A DNA stretch of 64,000 nucleotides from Podarcis muralis. Taxonomy: Eukaryota. This document shows positions 10,889-22,533 of this stretch, in pieces. The translations under genes and the position numbers were made by a program. Position 1 is the first letter of the stretch. Each line of letters starts with the position of its first letter. The notes beneath the pieces are model-generated. The model had not been told where the DNA came from, did not search any database, and saw only the letters and a program-made list of their open reading frames with translations. The stretch spans positions 106,702,001-106,766,000 of the forward strand of contig NC_135656.1 in the NCBI RefSeq assembly GCF_964188315.1. The letters run 5' to 3'.

Positions 10889-13810
10889 GTGGGGGAGGGA
10901 GACAGTGCTCCTGAAGGTAGGAGTCTATCAATTGATGAAGATGATCATCCAAATGTCATAGACCGAATGGAGCAAAGAGCATGCAGACCTAGTGGTGGGA
11001 GGAGAAAATCCTTAAATAAGAGACACGGGGGAATGATTAATGGACTTCAATGTCTGTACACTAATGCGCAAAGCATGGGAAATAAACAAGATGAGCTTGA
11101 GCTCCTGGTACAGCAAACTAAATATGACATAATAGGAATCACTGAAACCTGGTGGGATAAATCCCACGATTGGAATGTAATAATGGAGGGATACAATCTA
11201 TTTCAAAGAAACAGACCAGACAAGAAAGGAGGAGGAGTGGCGTTATATGTCAGGGATGTGTATACCTGTGAAGAGATCCAAGATTTAGAACCTCAAAGCC
11301 AAAGTGAGAGCATTTGGGTCAAAATTAAGGGAGAGAAGAATAACAGTGACCTCATTGTGGGAGTTTACTATAGATCCCCAAGCCAAACGGAGGACATAGA
11401 TGATGCCTTCCTGGAACAGATGGCCAAGCATCCAAAAGGAAGGGAGATAGTAGTAATGGGGGACTTCAATTACCCGGATATTTGTTGGATGTCAAACTCA
11501 GCCAAGAGCATAAGGTCAAACAGATTCCTCACTGCCCTTGCAGACAACTTCATTGTCCAGAAAGTGGGAGAAGCAACAAGAGGAACAGCCATTTTAGATC
11601 TGGTCCTAACCAATGTTGATGACCTGGTTAGTGGGGTAGAAGTGGAAGGATCATTAGGCGCGAGTGATCATGCTCTTCTGAAGTTTACTATACAGCGGAA
11701 AGGAGCAGCCAAGCATACTAGGACTCAATTTCTCGACTTTAAGAAAGCCGACTTCATAAAGCTTAGGGAAGTGCTGGGTGAGATCCCATGGACAGTAATA
11801 CTAAAAGGAAAGGGAGTTCAAGATGCCTGGGAGTTTGTTAAGAGGGAGATAGTAAAAGCACAACTTCAGGCAATACCAATGAGACGGAAACATGGAAGGT
11901 GCCTAAAGAAGCCAGGGTGGCTATCTAAAGAACTTTTAACTGAGTTAAGATTAAAAAAGGATGTGTACAAAAAATGGAAAAGGGGGGAAACCACCAAAGA
12001 GGAATTCAAACAAATAGCCAGCACGTGTAGACACAAAGTCAGAAAAGCTAAAGCACAAAATGAACTCAGGCTTGCTAGAGAGGTTAAAAGCAACAAAAAA
12101 GGCTTTTATGGGTATGTTCGTAGCAAAAGGAAGAACAAAGAAACCGTGGGGTCACTCAGAGGAGAAGATGGTGAAATGCAAACAGGGGACACAGAAAGGG
12201 CTGAACTCCTCAATGCCTTCTTTGCCTCAGTCTTCTCCGATAAAGAAAACAATGCCCGACCTGAAGAATTTGGAGCAAATGATTCAGCAGAGGAAACACA
12301 GCCCAGAATAACTAAGGAGATAGTACAAGAATACTTGGCTAGTCTAGATGTATTCAAGTCTCCAGGGCCAGATGAACTGCATCCAAGAGTATTAAAAGAA
12401 CTGGCAGATGTGATTTCAGAACCACTGGCAGTCATCTTTGAGAATTCCTGGAGAACAGGCGAAGTCCCGGCAGACTGGAGGAGGGCAAATGTTGTCCCTA
12501 TTTTCAAAAAGGGGAAAAGAGAGGACCCAAATAATTACCGCCCAGTCAGTCTGACATCAATACCAGGGAAGATTCTGGAGCAGATCATTAAGCAAACAGT
12601 CTGTGAGCACCTAGAAAGGAATGCTGTGATCACCAATAGTCAGCATGGATTTCTGAAAAATAAGTCATGTCAGACTAACCTGATCTCATTTTTTGACAGA
12701 ATTACAAGCCTGGTAGATGAAGGGAACGCAGTGGATTTAGTCTACCTTGATTTCAGCAAGGCATTTGACAAGGTGCCCCATGATATTCTTGTAAAGAAGC
12801 TGGTAAAATGCGGTCTTGACTATGCTACCACTCAGTGGATTTGTAACTGGCTGACTGACCGAACCCAAAGGGTGCTCATCAATGGTTCCTCTTCATCCTG
12901 GAGAAGAGTGACTAGTGGGGTGCCACAGGGTTCTGTCTTGGGCCCGGTCTTATTCAACATCTTTATCAACGACTTGGATGATGGACTCAAGGGCATCCTG
13001 ATCAAATTTGCAGATGACACCAAACTGGGAGGGGTGGCTAACACCCCAGAGGACAGGATCACACTTCAAAACGACCTTGACAGATTAGAGAACTGGGCCA
13101 AAACAAACAAGATGAATTTTAACAGGGAGAAATGTAAAGTATTGCACTTGGGCAAAAAAAATGAGAGGCACAAATACAAGATGGGTGACACCTGGCTTGA
13201 GAGCAGTACATGTGAAAAGGATCTAGGAGTCTTGGTTGACCACAAACTTGACATGAGCCAACAGTGTGACGCGGCAGCTAAAAAAGCCAATGCAATTCTG
13301 GGCCTCATCAATAGGAGTATAGCATCTAGATCAAGGGAAGTAATAGTGCCACTGTATTCTGCTCTGGTCAGACCTCACCTGGAGTACTGTGTCCAGTTCT
13401 GGGCACCACAGTTCAAGAAGGACACTGACAAACTGGAACGTGTCCAGAGGAGGGCAACCAAAATGGTCAAAGGCCTGGAAATGATGCCTTATGAGGAACG
13501 GCTAAGGGAGCTGGGCATGTTTAGCCTGGAGAAGAGGAGGTTAAGGGGTGATATGATAGCCATGTTCAAATATATAAAAGGATGTCACATAGAGGAGGGA
13601 GAAAGGCTGTTTTCTGCTGCTCCAGAGAAGCGGACACGGAGCAATGGATCCAAACTACAAGAAAGAAGATTCCACCTAAACATTAGGAAGAACTTCCTGA
13701 CAGTAAGAGCTGTTCGACAGTGGAATTTGCTGCCAAGGAGTGTGGTGGAGTCTCCTTCTTTGGAGGTCTTTAAGCAGAGGCTTGACAACCATATGTCAGG
13801 AGTGCTCTGA
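10889..13810 (+). CDS. CR1 ORF2: AP endonuclease plus reverse transcriptase, intact
   Basis: GITETWW, VYYRSP, VMGDFN, SDH (EN); [36 protein letters not shown] (RT); first in-frame ATG at 10967. Confidence 0.96.
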   Translation: MGEGDSAPEGRSLSIDEDDHPNVIDRMEQRACRPSGGRRKSLNKRHGGMINGLQCLYTNAQSMGNKQDELELLVQQTKYDIIGITETWWDKSHDWNVIMEGYNLFQRNRPDKKGGGVALYVRDVYTCEEIQDLEPQSQSESIWVKIKGEKNNSDLIVGVYYRSPSQTEDIDDAFLEQMAKHPKGREIVVMGDFNYPDICWMSNSAKSIRSNRFLTALADNFIVQKVGEATRGTAILDLVLTNVDDLVSGVEVEGSLGASDHALLKFTIQRKGAAKHTRTQFLDFKKADFIKLREVLGEIPWTVILKGKGVQDAWEFVKREIVKAQLQAIPMRRKHGRCLKKPGWLSKELLTELRLKKDVYKKWKRGETTKEEFKQIASTCRHKVRKAKAQNELRLAREVKSNKKGFYGYVRSKRKNKETVGSLRGEDGEMQTGDTERAELLNAFFASVFSDKENNARPEEFGANDSAEETQPRITKEIVQEYLASLDVFKSPGPDELHPRVLKELADVISEPLAVIFENSWRTGEVPADWRRANVVPIFKKGKREDPNNYRPVSLTSIPGKILEQIIKQTVCEHLERNAVITNSQHGFLKNKSCQTNLISFFDRITSLVDEGNAVDLVYLDFSKAFDKVPHDILVKKLVKCGLDYATTQWICNWLTDRTQRVLINGSSSSWRRVTSGVPQGSVLGPVLFNIFINDLDDGLKGILIKFADDTKLGGVANTPEDRITLQNDLDRLENWAKTNKMNFNREKCKVLHLGKKNERHKYKMGDTWLESSTCEKDLGVLVDHKLDMSQQCDAAAKKANAILGLINRSIASRSREVIVPLYSALVRPHLEYCVQFWAPQFKKDTDKLERVQRRATKMVKGLEMMPYEERLRELGMFSLEKRRLRGDMIAMFKYIKGCHIEEGERLFSAAPEKRTRSNGSKLQERRFHLNIRKNFLTVRAVRQWNLLPRSVVESPSLEVFKQRLDNHMSGVL

Positions 13811-15900
13811 TGGTGTTTCCTGCTTGGCAGGGGGTTGGACTCGATGGCCCTTGTGGTCTCTTCCAACTCTATGATTCTATGATTCTATGATTCTATGATT
13901 CTAGTCTGCCCCCTACCATAAAACCACAAGGAGAGTCCTTCTGGATCAACCCGCAGGCCCTTTTAGCTGAGCATCCTGTTCTCACAATGCCCACCACCAC
14001 ATGTCTGTGAGGAGCCCATAAGCAGAACCTGAACGCGGAACAGATGAATCTTCTGCTCCTTTGTTGTCCAGTAGATGCGTGGGAACATTCATCATCTTCA
14101 CAATTCTCAATATTATGAAATATGCCCAGCTGTGAGGCGTGAAGGCCGCTCCCAGCAAGGCCCTTTCCAACTGGCCTAGGGGGCGGGGCCCACACTCACC
14201 CAGACCTACTAAGAGGCTCCTCATGAGGTCAGAAGAACATCACCCGGCTATTGTTTTATTGATTTAATATGTGGTAAATCCCTTTGAGGTTTTTTTATTT
14301 AAAATATAAAGAGGTATAGAAATTGAAAATACATCCATCCATACTGTCCATGAAAGCATTTCAGCGTCTTCAGATGGTGAGTGGTAGGAAGTTTTCACAT
14401 TTAAACTGCAACAACGTTTGGTAACAATTAAAATAATGGTTTCAGGGCCAAATTCCCTCAGGGTGGAGCTGGCGGAGCATTTCTCCATGGAGAGTAGAAA
14501 TGCTGGATTGGAGATGGGCCAGGTGAGAAATACTGGTTCTGGTCTGAATGTTTCAGAATCAAAAGGCAGATATATATTTCCTGCTTCTGGAGCTAAGCAA
14601 ACATTTCGCTGTAAATGTACGTTGGGAAATTTTCAGAGATATGCACGTTGCTTTATCAGGGAGCATGAATTGGTTTGTTTAGGTTTTGGAATTTTAAAAA
14701 TCAAGCATGTCAAAAGGAAGCAAAGGCTCATGTAATTCTGCAGCCCTGAATATAGCTCAGGGCATTCCTCCCCCCTATTTTTGAATATAAAAATAATGTG
14801 AACATTTCTCATTAATCAAGAAGGCATTTCTCTTTGTCTCAAAGAATGGAAGGGAAATCATTTTTGTGGTAGACTATGAATTGCCACCCCTTTGAAACTG
14901 GGGAGCTATAACAGTAGTAATTATTGTAAAAAGTTAATTAACACAACAGAGGCCTCACAGTTTTTCAACCGAGCCTTGGGAATTCATTTTCATTTTAAGA
15001 AACTAAACTTTTCTCCCTTCCTGCTGTTGTAAACAGAAGCGGTTGACACAGGTATGTAATTCTGAACATTTGTAGAAGTCATAGTTATTCTGTATTGCAT
15101 GCAACTCTGTAGCCCCATGGAAATCAATGGACCTCAGTTAGTCCTGGCCATTCATTTCAACAGATCTACTCTGAGTAGAACTAAAATGGCATGCAATGTC
15201 TTGCCACATGATGGTCCATCATGCTGATTCATGATAACACCAATTTACTTGTACTTAAGAACCTTGCAAGCTTATGGAAAATAGGAAAAATATATTCAAA
15301 CAGGAAAATGTATGTATTTATTTAGCGTATGCATATTCCTTTTAGTTATTTTTTTATCCTGCCATACCCTCCAGGAAAAGTCATAGGATTCAATAAAGAG
15401 AAATAGATATTTTTATAAACCAGATTTCATTTGAAAGTCAGGCTTGGCACTACACATATTATTTATTCCCACATTCTCCCTGTGTGGCACTTTAAAATGT
15501 ACATCGGATAAAACATTCTGCTGGAAACAATTTACTACAGTACTCATGGTTTTGCGACTGTAAAGCAACTGAGCTACAACAGCCTGGCGTTGGTATTCTT
15601 TAGCTGTATCATAGACACCGGGCTTAACACCTGCTGTCCATGTCCTTTCATTTCAAACTGGGAATATTTACGAACAGAGTATTCCAGGGGCCGCCAAAAC
15701 ATGATGCCATCCAGATGTTGGAGCTATAGGACCCATCATGCCTGAGAACGGGCCAGAATCTATAACCCTGCTCCAGATAAGCTGAGAAAGGGGTAGTGCT
15801 ATGGATCTGGAGGGACAGGAACATGGTCCTTCCGGTGGTTGCATGTTAGAGGTGGCCTTGAGAGATTTCCCTTCTATAGCGGTGAATCTGGATCCCAAGT

Positions 15901-16145
15901 GAAAGAAGATTCCACCTAAACATTAGGAAGAACTTCCTGACAGTAAGAGCTGTTCGACAGTGGAATTTGCTGCCAAGGAGTGTGGTGGAGTCTCCGTCTT
16001 TGGAGGTCTTTAAGCAAAGGCTTGACAACCACATGTCAGGAGTGCTCTGATGGTGTTTCCTGCTTGGCAGGGGGTTGGACTCGATGGCCCTTGCGGTCTC
16101 TTCCAACTCTATGATTCTATGATTCTATTCTATGATTCTATGATT
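15901..16145 (+). mobile_element. 5'-truncated CR1 3' end, same young family
   Basis: Matches 13659-13900; ATTCTATG tail; interrupts the sequence gtgacccatttccactg found in the paralogues. Confidence 0.95.
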
Positions 16146-16943
16146 TCCACTGAAAAAGAATTGCAATGGGCTTCACCGAAACAGCAATGGGAAAGTCCCA
16201 AGCCAAAGTCCCAGGAATTAGTGATATGAAAGGAGAAGTTGGGGCGGGATCAACCTCAAAAACCCTATTTCCTTTCTCTCCTAAAAAACAAGGTTGGCTG
16301 GGTTTTTAGGAATTATCCTACCATTTCCCAAGCATTTCTGCACCTTTTGTGGTGAGGGGAGGGGGACAGGGGTAGCGCAAAATACAGTAGTAAAATTCAT
16401 GTCAAATTGCTCTTTTTGGGGGTTGCTTTTCATCATCTGGAATGAATTAATCCATTTTCCATTACTTTCTATGGGAAAGCACAGGTTGGTTTAAGTTCGC
16501 TTTGGTTTAAGACCAGACTTCTGGAACAGATTAAGGTTGTAAACCAAGGTACCACTGTAGTGAGAATCTGGATGCACCCAGAGAGATTTCTAACATATTG
16601 GGCAGTAACCAGCATTGAAAATCTGCCTGCAAAATGGACTTCCATGCATTCAGTAGAACTTCCTCTTCCCTCCAGCTGCCCCACAGAACCCTCAAAATCT
16701 CAACTGGAGGGTTGGGAACCCCCCAAACATATTTTGGGGACTCTTGGAGGAGAGAAGAGAAGTCTTGTTGCACAGGCAGAACTAACTGTGAGGAGCATTA
16801 GACACAATCCATTCTATTAAAAACTGCTCTCTTTTTGTTGTTTATGTTATGTGTACAGTGGATTCAACCCTACGATTTGGCACACCACTTCTCACAAGTC
16901 CTCTCCTTGAATCTTCAGTCAAAATTGGGCAAGTGAAGGAGGA

Positions 16944-17876
16944 ATGGGAGAAGGGAATATGTCATGGACTGTGTTCCTTCTGGTTGGACTTCAGCATCAA
17001 AGGTCACCTATGGTTTTCCTTGGTGTGATCTTCTTCATGTTCATAGTAGCTCTGATAGGGAACAGCCTCCTTCTTTTTCTGATCAAGACAGACTCTGGTC
17101 TGCAGACCCCAATGTATTTTTTCCTCAGCCAACTAGCCTTCATGGACCTCTGCCAGGTTCTCTGCATTGTTCCCAAAATGATGGTGGATTTTGTAACCCA
17201 GAGCTACAGCATTTCACTCTATGGATGTTTTGTACAGATTTCTGTCACAATGCTCATGGGAGGGGCAGAGTGTTTCATCCTGGCGACCATGTCATATGAC
17301 AGGTATGTGGCTATCTGCAGGCCGCTGCAATATCCGGTTCTCATGAAGAGCAAAATCTGCAACATCATGTCAGTTGCTGCCTGGTTTTGGTCCTCTGTGC
17401 AGGCCTTGATCTGTTCCCTTTACGTACTGTCTATTCCCTACTGCAAGTCCAATGTGATCAGACACTACATGTGTGATTACCCAGCCCTTGTTCAGTTGTC
17501 CTGCTCTGACAATTTTGCATTTGATATAACAGAATACGTTGGTAGTTTCGTGATCTTTTTCATCCCCATCTCAATCATCCTGGCTTCCTACATAGCCATC
17601 CTACTTCAAGTTCTCAGAGCACGTTTCTCTGGAAGTAGCCACAAGGCCTTGGGGACCTGCTTGTCCCATCTGTGTGTGGTGGGGATCTTCTACGTTACGG
17701 CTATTTTGACGTACATGACACCTGCCGCTTCCTATTCAGCAGAAAGGGCCATGATAAACGCTGTGTTTTGTACCATTGTGCCTGCCATGATGAACCCTTT
17801 CATATACAGCCTGAGGAACCGGGACGTCTTAGCAGCACTGAGAAAGCTCTTTGCAAGATGCACAATGTGTCAATGA
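16944..17876 (+). CDS. Olfactory receptor OR3, intact, 310 aa
   Basis: Full set of OR motifs; paralogue of OR1, OR2 and OR4. Confidence 0.97.
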   Translation: MGEGNMSWTVFLLVGLQHQRSPMVFLGVIFFMFIVALIGNSLLLFLIKTDSGLQTPMYFFLSQLAFMDLCQVLCIVPKMMVDFVTQSYSISLYGCFVQISVTMLMGGAECFILATMSYDRYVAICRPLQYPVLMKSKICNIMSVAAWFWSSVQALICSLYVLSIPYCKSNVIRHYMCDYPALVQLSCSDNFAFDITEYVGSFVIFFIPISIILASYIAILLQVLRARFSGSSHKALGTCLSHLCVVGIFYVTAILTYMTPAASYSAERAMINAVFCTIVPAMMNPFIYSLRNRDVLAALRKLFARCTMCQ

Positions 17877-19630
17877 TTTCAGCAGGAAACAGAATGGCAG
17901 GTACCATCCCTTTGGAATTTATCCAGGGGCTGAAATTTAGATGGAAGGAACTTAAGTGAGAGATACAAAATATGTCAAAGGATGCTTCAGATGGGCGTAT
18001 TATTGTGGGATTCTTGCTACTTACGAGTGAACAGAGTCTGGAAACCAAAGTCTGCTTTAATTAAATGGTTTTTAGTTGTTGTCATTGTTCATGTTGTTTT
18101 ACTGTAAAACCACTTGGAAATATTTTATGGGGCATCATTCGTAAATCAAATCAACTACTAAGTAAATGAATAAGACAGGTTTTCAACAGTGCCCATTTGG
18201 TGTTCTTGGCATTGAAATGTGCCAACTCTCCCCATTAATTCAGATTTATTTTCTATGTGGAAAATCATATGTATGTGTGTGTGGGGGGGGTGTTAATGTG
18301 TGCGTAATATTTCAAGCAACACCTTTGCAATACCTGAATGTCCAATATGCATCATTGCCACTATATGATTTGTGACGGTAGCAAAAAATGTATCTCAACA
18401 TTCATACTGTAGCTTTCTTACAGATTACAATAACCTAATTTCATGACTGCTGTAACTTTTATAGGAATAATGCATAATAGGAAATTTTTGGAATGCCCTA
18501 AAACATTGTATAAATTCTAAGGATCTTTCTCCTGTCTAATATATAACCTTGAGTGCAGGGGCTGGGCATATTCTGGGCTGCCAGCTCCTCCACCTCTCCT
18601 GAGAGACTGTTCCACTGACCAACAGCTGTTACTGTCAGAACATTTTTCTGAATGTTTAGTCAAGTCATTCCCTTGAGTCACACCCTTAATCATCTTGGTT
18701 GCTCTCCTGTAAACATGTTCCACCTTGTCAACATCCATCTTAAATTGTGTTGCCCAGAATTGGACACAGTATTCCAGGTGTGGACTGACCAAGGTAGAAT
18801 AGAGTGGTTCTATTACTTCCCTTGATCTGGACACTAGACTTCTGTTAATGCAGCTGTGAATAGCATTAGCCTTTTTTTGCTGTTGCATCACACTGTTGAC
18901 ATTTGTTAAGCCTGTGGTCCATCAAGACCTGTAGATCCTTTTCACATTTACTGCTTGTAAGCCAGGTGTTGCCCATCCTTTATTTGTGCATCTGGTTCTT
19001 CCAGCTTAAGTCCAGAACCGTACATATGTCCCCTATTATCCCTAAAATGAAAAACACCAACACTAACACAGGGACCAAGGAAAGCAGACAACGAGAGATG
19101 CAGGCAGAAGAAAAAGGCTGGAATGGATCTAGATTGGCTATGCAGCTTCAGCCTGTGTTTGTCTCTGGAAGCAGCAGCGTGCTGATTGACTCCAGCAGTG
19201 GCTCCTGCAGATCCATTCCAGCCTTTTCCTTCTGCCTCTGTCAGCTTTTGTCTCCCAGCTTCATCTACATCCACATTCTGCTGGCCACCATTTGTGGAGA
19301 GAGATCTGAGGGGGGCAGGAACTTTTTTTTTTTGGTGGTCTGCAGGCAAGTAGGAGAAGCCATTCCATCCTTGGACCTCCTGAAGTGCCCTTCCTCTGGT
19401 CAGATGGGCTTGAGTCTTTTTCTCTGCAAGAAATACCTCCAATTTTGGCTTCTTGAGCGCCTTTGTGGCTGTTTTGTCTGTTGTTGTTGTTTTTGTCTTT
19501 TTACCCTTTCCATGGCCTTGTTTGTTTGTCTTGACTTTCCCTATCCCTTCTTCCTTTGCTGAAATAATTTTTACAAAATCCCTGGGGGCAAACCCAAATG
19601 AAATATGCTGTGCATGCCTATGCAAGTGAG

Positions 19631-19675
<45 letters not shown>

Positions 19676-20045
19676 GTCTCCCTAGTCCGCCCCCTACCAT
19701 AAACCCACAAGGAGAGTCCTTCTGGATCAACCCGCAGGCCCTTTTAGCTGAGCATCCTGTTCTCACAATGCCCACCACCACATGTCTGTGAGGAACCCAT
19801 AAGCAGAACCTGAACGCGGAACAGATGAATCTTCTGCTGCTTTGTTGTCCAGTAAATGCGTAGGAACGTTCATCATCTTCACTATCCTCAATATTATCAT
19901 ATATATCTGAATGTGAGGCGTGAAGGCTGCTCCCGGCAAGGCCCTTTCCAACTGGCTTAGGGGGCAGGGCACACACTCACCCAGACCTACTAAGAGGCTC
20001 CTCATGAGGTCAGACGAACATCGCCAGTTTTGCTTTATTGCATTA

Positions 20046-20414
20046 CCATATTTTTTGCTCTATAACACGCACCAGACCATAACACGCATGTAGTTTTTAG
20101 AGGAGGAAAACAAGATAAAAAAATATTCTAAACGAAATAGTGGATATATGATTTTTGTGGTTCATGCTGTGGCCACAGACATGTGATCTGACAGTGAGTC
20201 TGGAGTAGCCGAATGCAAAAATCCTGAGGATCCATGTGGATCCATGCTTTGTAAACACGTAGGAGGGAAGCAAGGGGAACCATGGATCCTCTGCTCACGA
20301 CTGCAGCAGATCCCCCCCCCTGCCACCCGCAGGCATTCGCTCCATAACACGCACAGACATTTCCCCTTACTTTCTAGGAGGAAAAAAGTGAGTGTTATGG
20401 TGCAAAAAATATGG
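20046..20414. mobile_element. Tc1/mariner-type MITE (CC(A/G)TATTTTT TIR family), TA TSD
   Basis: TA|CCATATTTTTTGC...GCAAAAAATATGG|TA; empty site gatttaatatgtgg at about 14261 and 3955. Confidence 0.85.
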
Positions 20415-20680
20415 TAATATGTGGAACACCCCTTTCAGTTTTTAATTAAAATATAAAGAGGTATAGAAATCAAAAATACATCCATCCATCCATCCATCCA
20501 TACTGTCCAAGAAAGCATCTTCGAATGGTGAGTGGTAGGAAGTTTTCACATTTGAACTGCAACAAAGTTTGGTAACAATTAAAATAATGGTTTGGGAGCC
20601 AGATTCCCTCAGGGTGGAGCTGGCAGAGCATTTCTCCATGGAGAGTAGAAATGCTGGATTGGAGATGGGCCAGGTGAGAA

Positions 20681-21439
20681 GGACTCTCCTCCCTGAAAGA
20701 GAGGGGAGTGGTTGTGGGCGGGAGCCCGAGCACCGCCCAGCAGGGGACGTCGCCCCCTGCCTCCAGCTCACCTGGCTGGCGCTCACGCCCTCCCCGGTGG
20801 CCACCCAACCAGGTGCCGCGGAGGGGGCATGTCCAGCAGCCTTTTGCTGCAGCGCCAGCCTCTCTCTGACCTCATTCCTCCTCCTCGTCCCGTTGCGAGT
20901 CACCCACCCTCCACTCCCTTTTAGTTAGGGCTTAGGTCATTGGCCTTGCTATGGACCTTAGGTTGGTCGCCCTGGTTGCCCGGGGGGCCTGGTAGGAGTT
21001 TTTCCATTTGGCATTAGGCTTTTTGGTTTTTTCGCCTACCTCGTAGCAATCGTCACAACTTTTGTGGTATTGGTGGGTAGGTTAGGCATTGGAATAATGT
21101 GTTGTGTGTCGAAGTGCTAGGTGTGGCCATCGCCTATGCCTTCAATTTTTAGGGGTATTCCGTTAAAGGAATCTGGCGGTCGTGTATTCCGTCCGAAGCC
21201 TGCTTGGCGGGAGGCCATGGCACGACCCTCGGTGACATCAGGGGTGAGCCTATAGTTGGATTGGCATCAACAGGCTCCACCTACTGGTGAATAAACCCAC
21301 TTGTTTCGATCCAATGCCTAAGCCAATACCTTTTCATTGCTGTAATCAATAAAGTTGTGGCCTTTTCTAGCCCATCAACCTTAGATCACTTGTCCTTGTG
21401 TCTTCATTTCACTTCGCGGGGGTCGGGTCCTCGAACCAC
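20681..21439 (+). mobile_element. Unclassified insertion of about 760 bp (LTR-like or DIRS/Ngaro-like)
   Basis: Absent from the paralogue (ggtgagaaatactgg at about 14522); AATAAAGTTGTGGCC near its 3' end; shares motifs with 62372-63204. Confidence 0.6.
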
Positions 21440-22533
21440 AAATACTGGTTCTGGTTGGAATGTTTCAGAATCAAAAGGCAGATATACGGTATATTTCCTG
21501 CTTCTAGAAACAGGGAGTCAGTGGAGCTAAGCAAACATTCCGCTGTAAATGTACGTTGGGAAATTTTCAGAGATATGCACGTTGCTTTATCAGGGAGCAT
21601 GAGTTGGTTTGTTTAGGTTTTGGAATTTTAAAAACCAAGCATTTCAAGAGGAAGCAAAGGCTCATGTACGGTAATTCTGCAGCCCTGAATATAGCTCAGG
21701 GCATTCCTCCTCTCTACTTTTGAATATAAAAGGAATGTGAACGTTTCTCATTAATTAAGAAGGCATTTCTCCTTTTCTCAAAGAATGGAAGGGAAATCAT
21801 TTTTGCGGTAGAGGATGAATTGCCACCCCTTTGAAACTGGGGAGCTATAACAATCGTAATTATTGTAAAAACTTAATTAACACAACAGAGGCATCGCAGT
21901 TTTTCAACGGAGCCTTGGGAATTATTTTTCATTTTAAGAAACTAGACTTTCCCCCCCTTCTTTCTGTTGTAAACAGAAGCGGTTGACACAGGTACGTAAT
22001 TCTGAACATTTTTAGAAATCATAGTTATTCTGTATTGCATCCAACTCTATAGCCCCTTGGAAATCAACGGACCTCAGTTAGTCCTGGCCATTCATTTCAA
22101 CAGATCTACTCTGAGTAGAACTAAAATGGGATGCAATCTTTTTCCACATGATGGTCCTTCATGCTGATTCATGATAACACCAATTTATTTGTACTTAAAA
22201 ACCTTGCCAGCGTATGGTAAATAAAAATATAATTTGTAACCGGAAAATGTATGTATTTATGTAGCGTATGAATATTCCTTTTAGATAATTTCTGTCCTGC
22301 CATACCCTCCAGGAAAGGTCAAGGGATTCAAAAATGAGAAACAGATATTTTTATAAACCAGATTTCATTTGAAAGTGAAACTTGGCACTACACATACTAT
22401 TTATTTCCACATGCTGCCTATGTACTTCAAAATGTACGTTAGATAAACCATTCTACTGGAAACAATTTATTACAGTACTTATGGTTTTGTAGCTCTAAAG
22501 CAACTGAGCTACAACACTAGTATTCTTTAGATA

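Larger units (their letters stand above)
9449..13900 (+). mobile_element. Full-length CR1 LINE, 4452 bp, 4-bp TSD CTAG
   Basis: 5'UTR, ORF1, ORF2 and (ATTCTATG)n tail; CTAG at 9445-9448 and 13901-13904; empty site gaagtctccCTAGtccgcc in the paralogous unit near 19674-19690. Confidence 0.97.

Noticed and set aside
11866-13311. Antisense ORFs within CR1 ORF2 (mirrored at 35832-37277)
   Set aside because: Shadows of the RT frame, duplicated with the element
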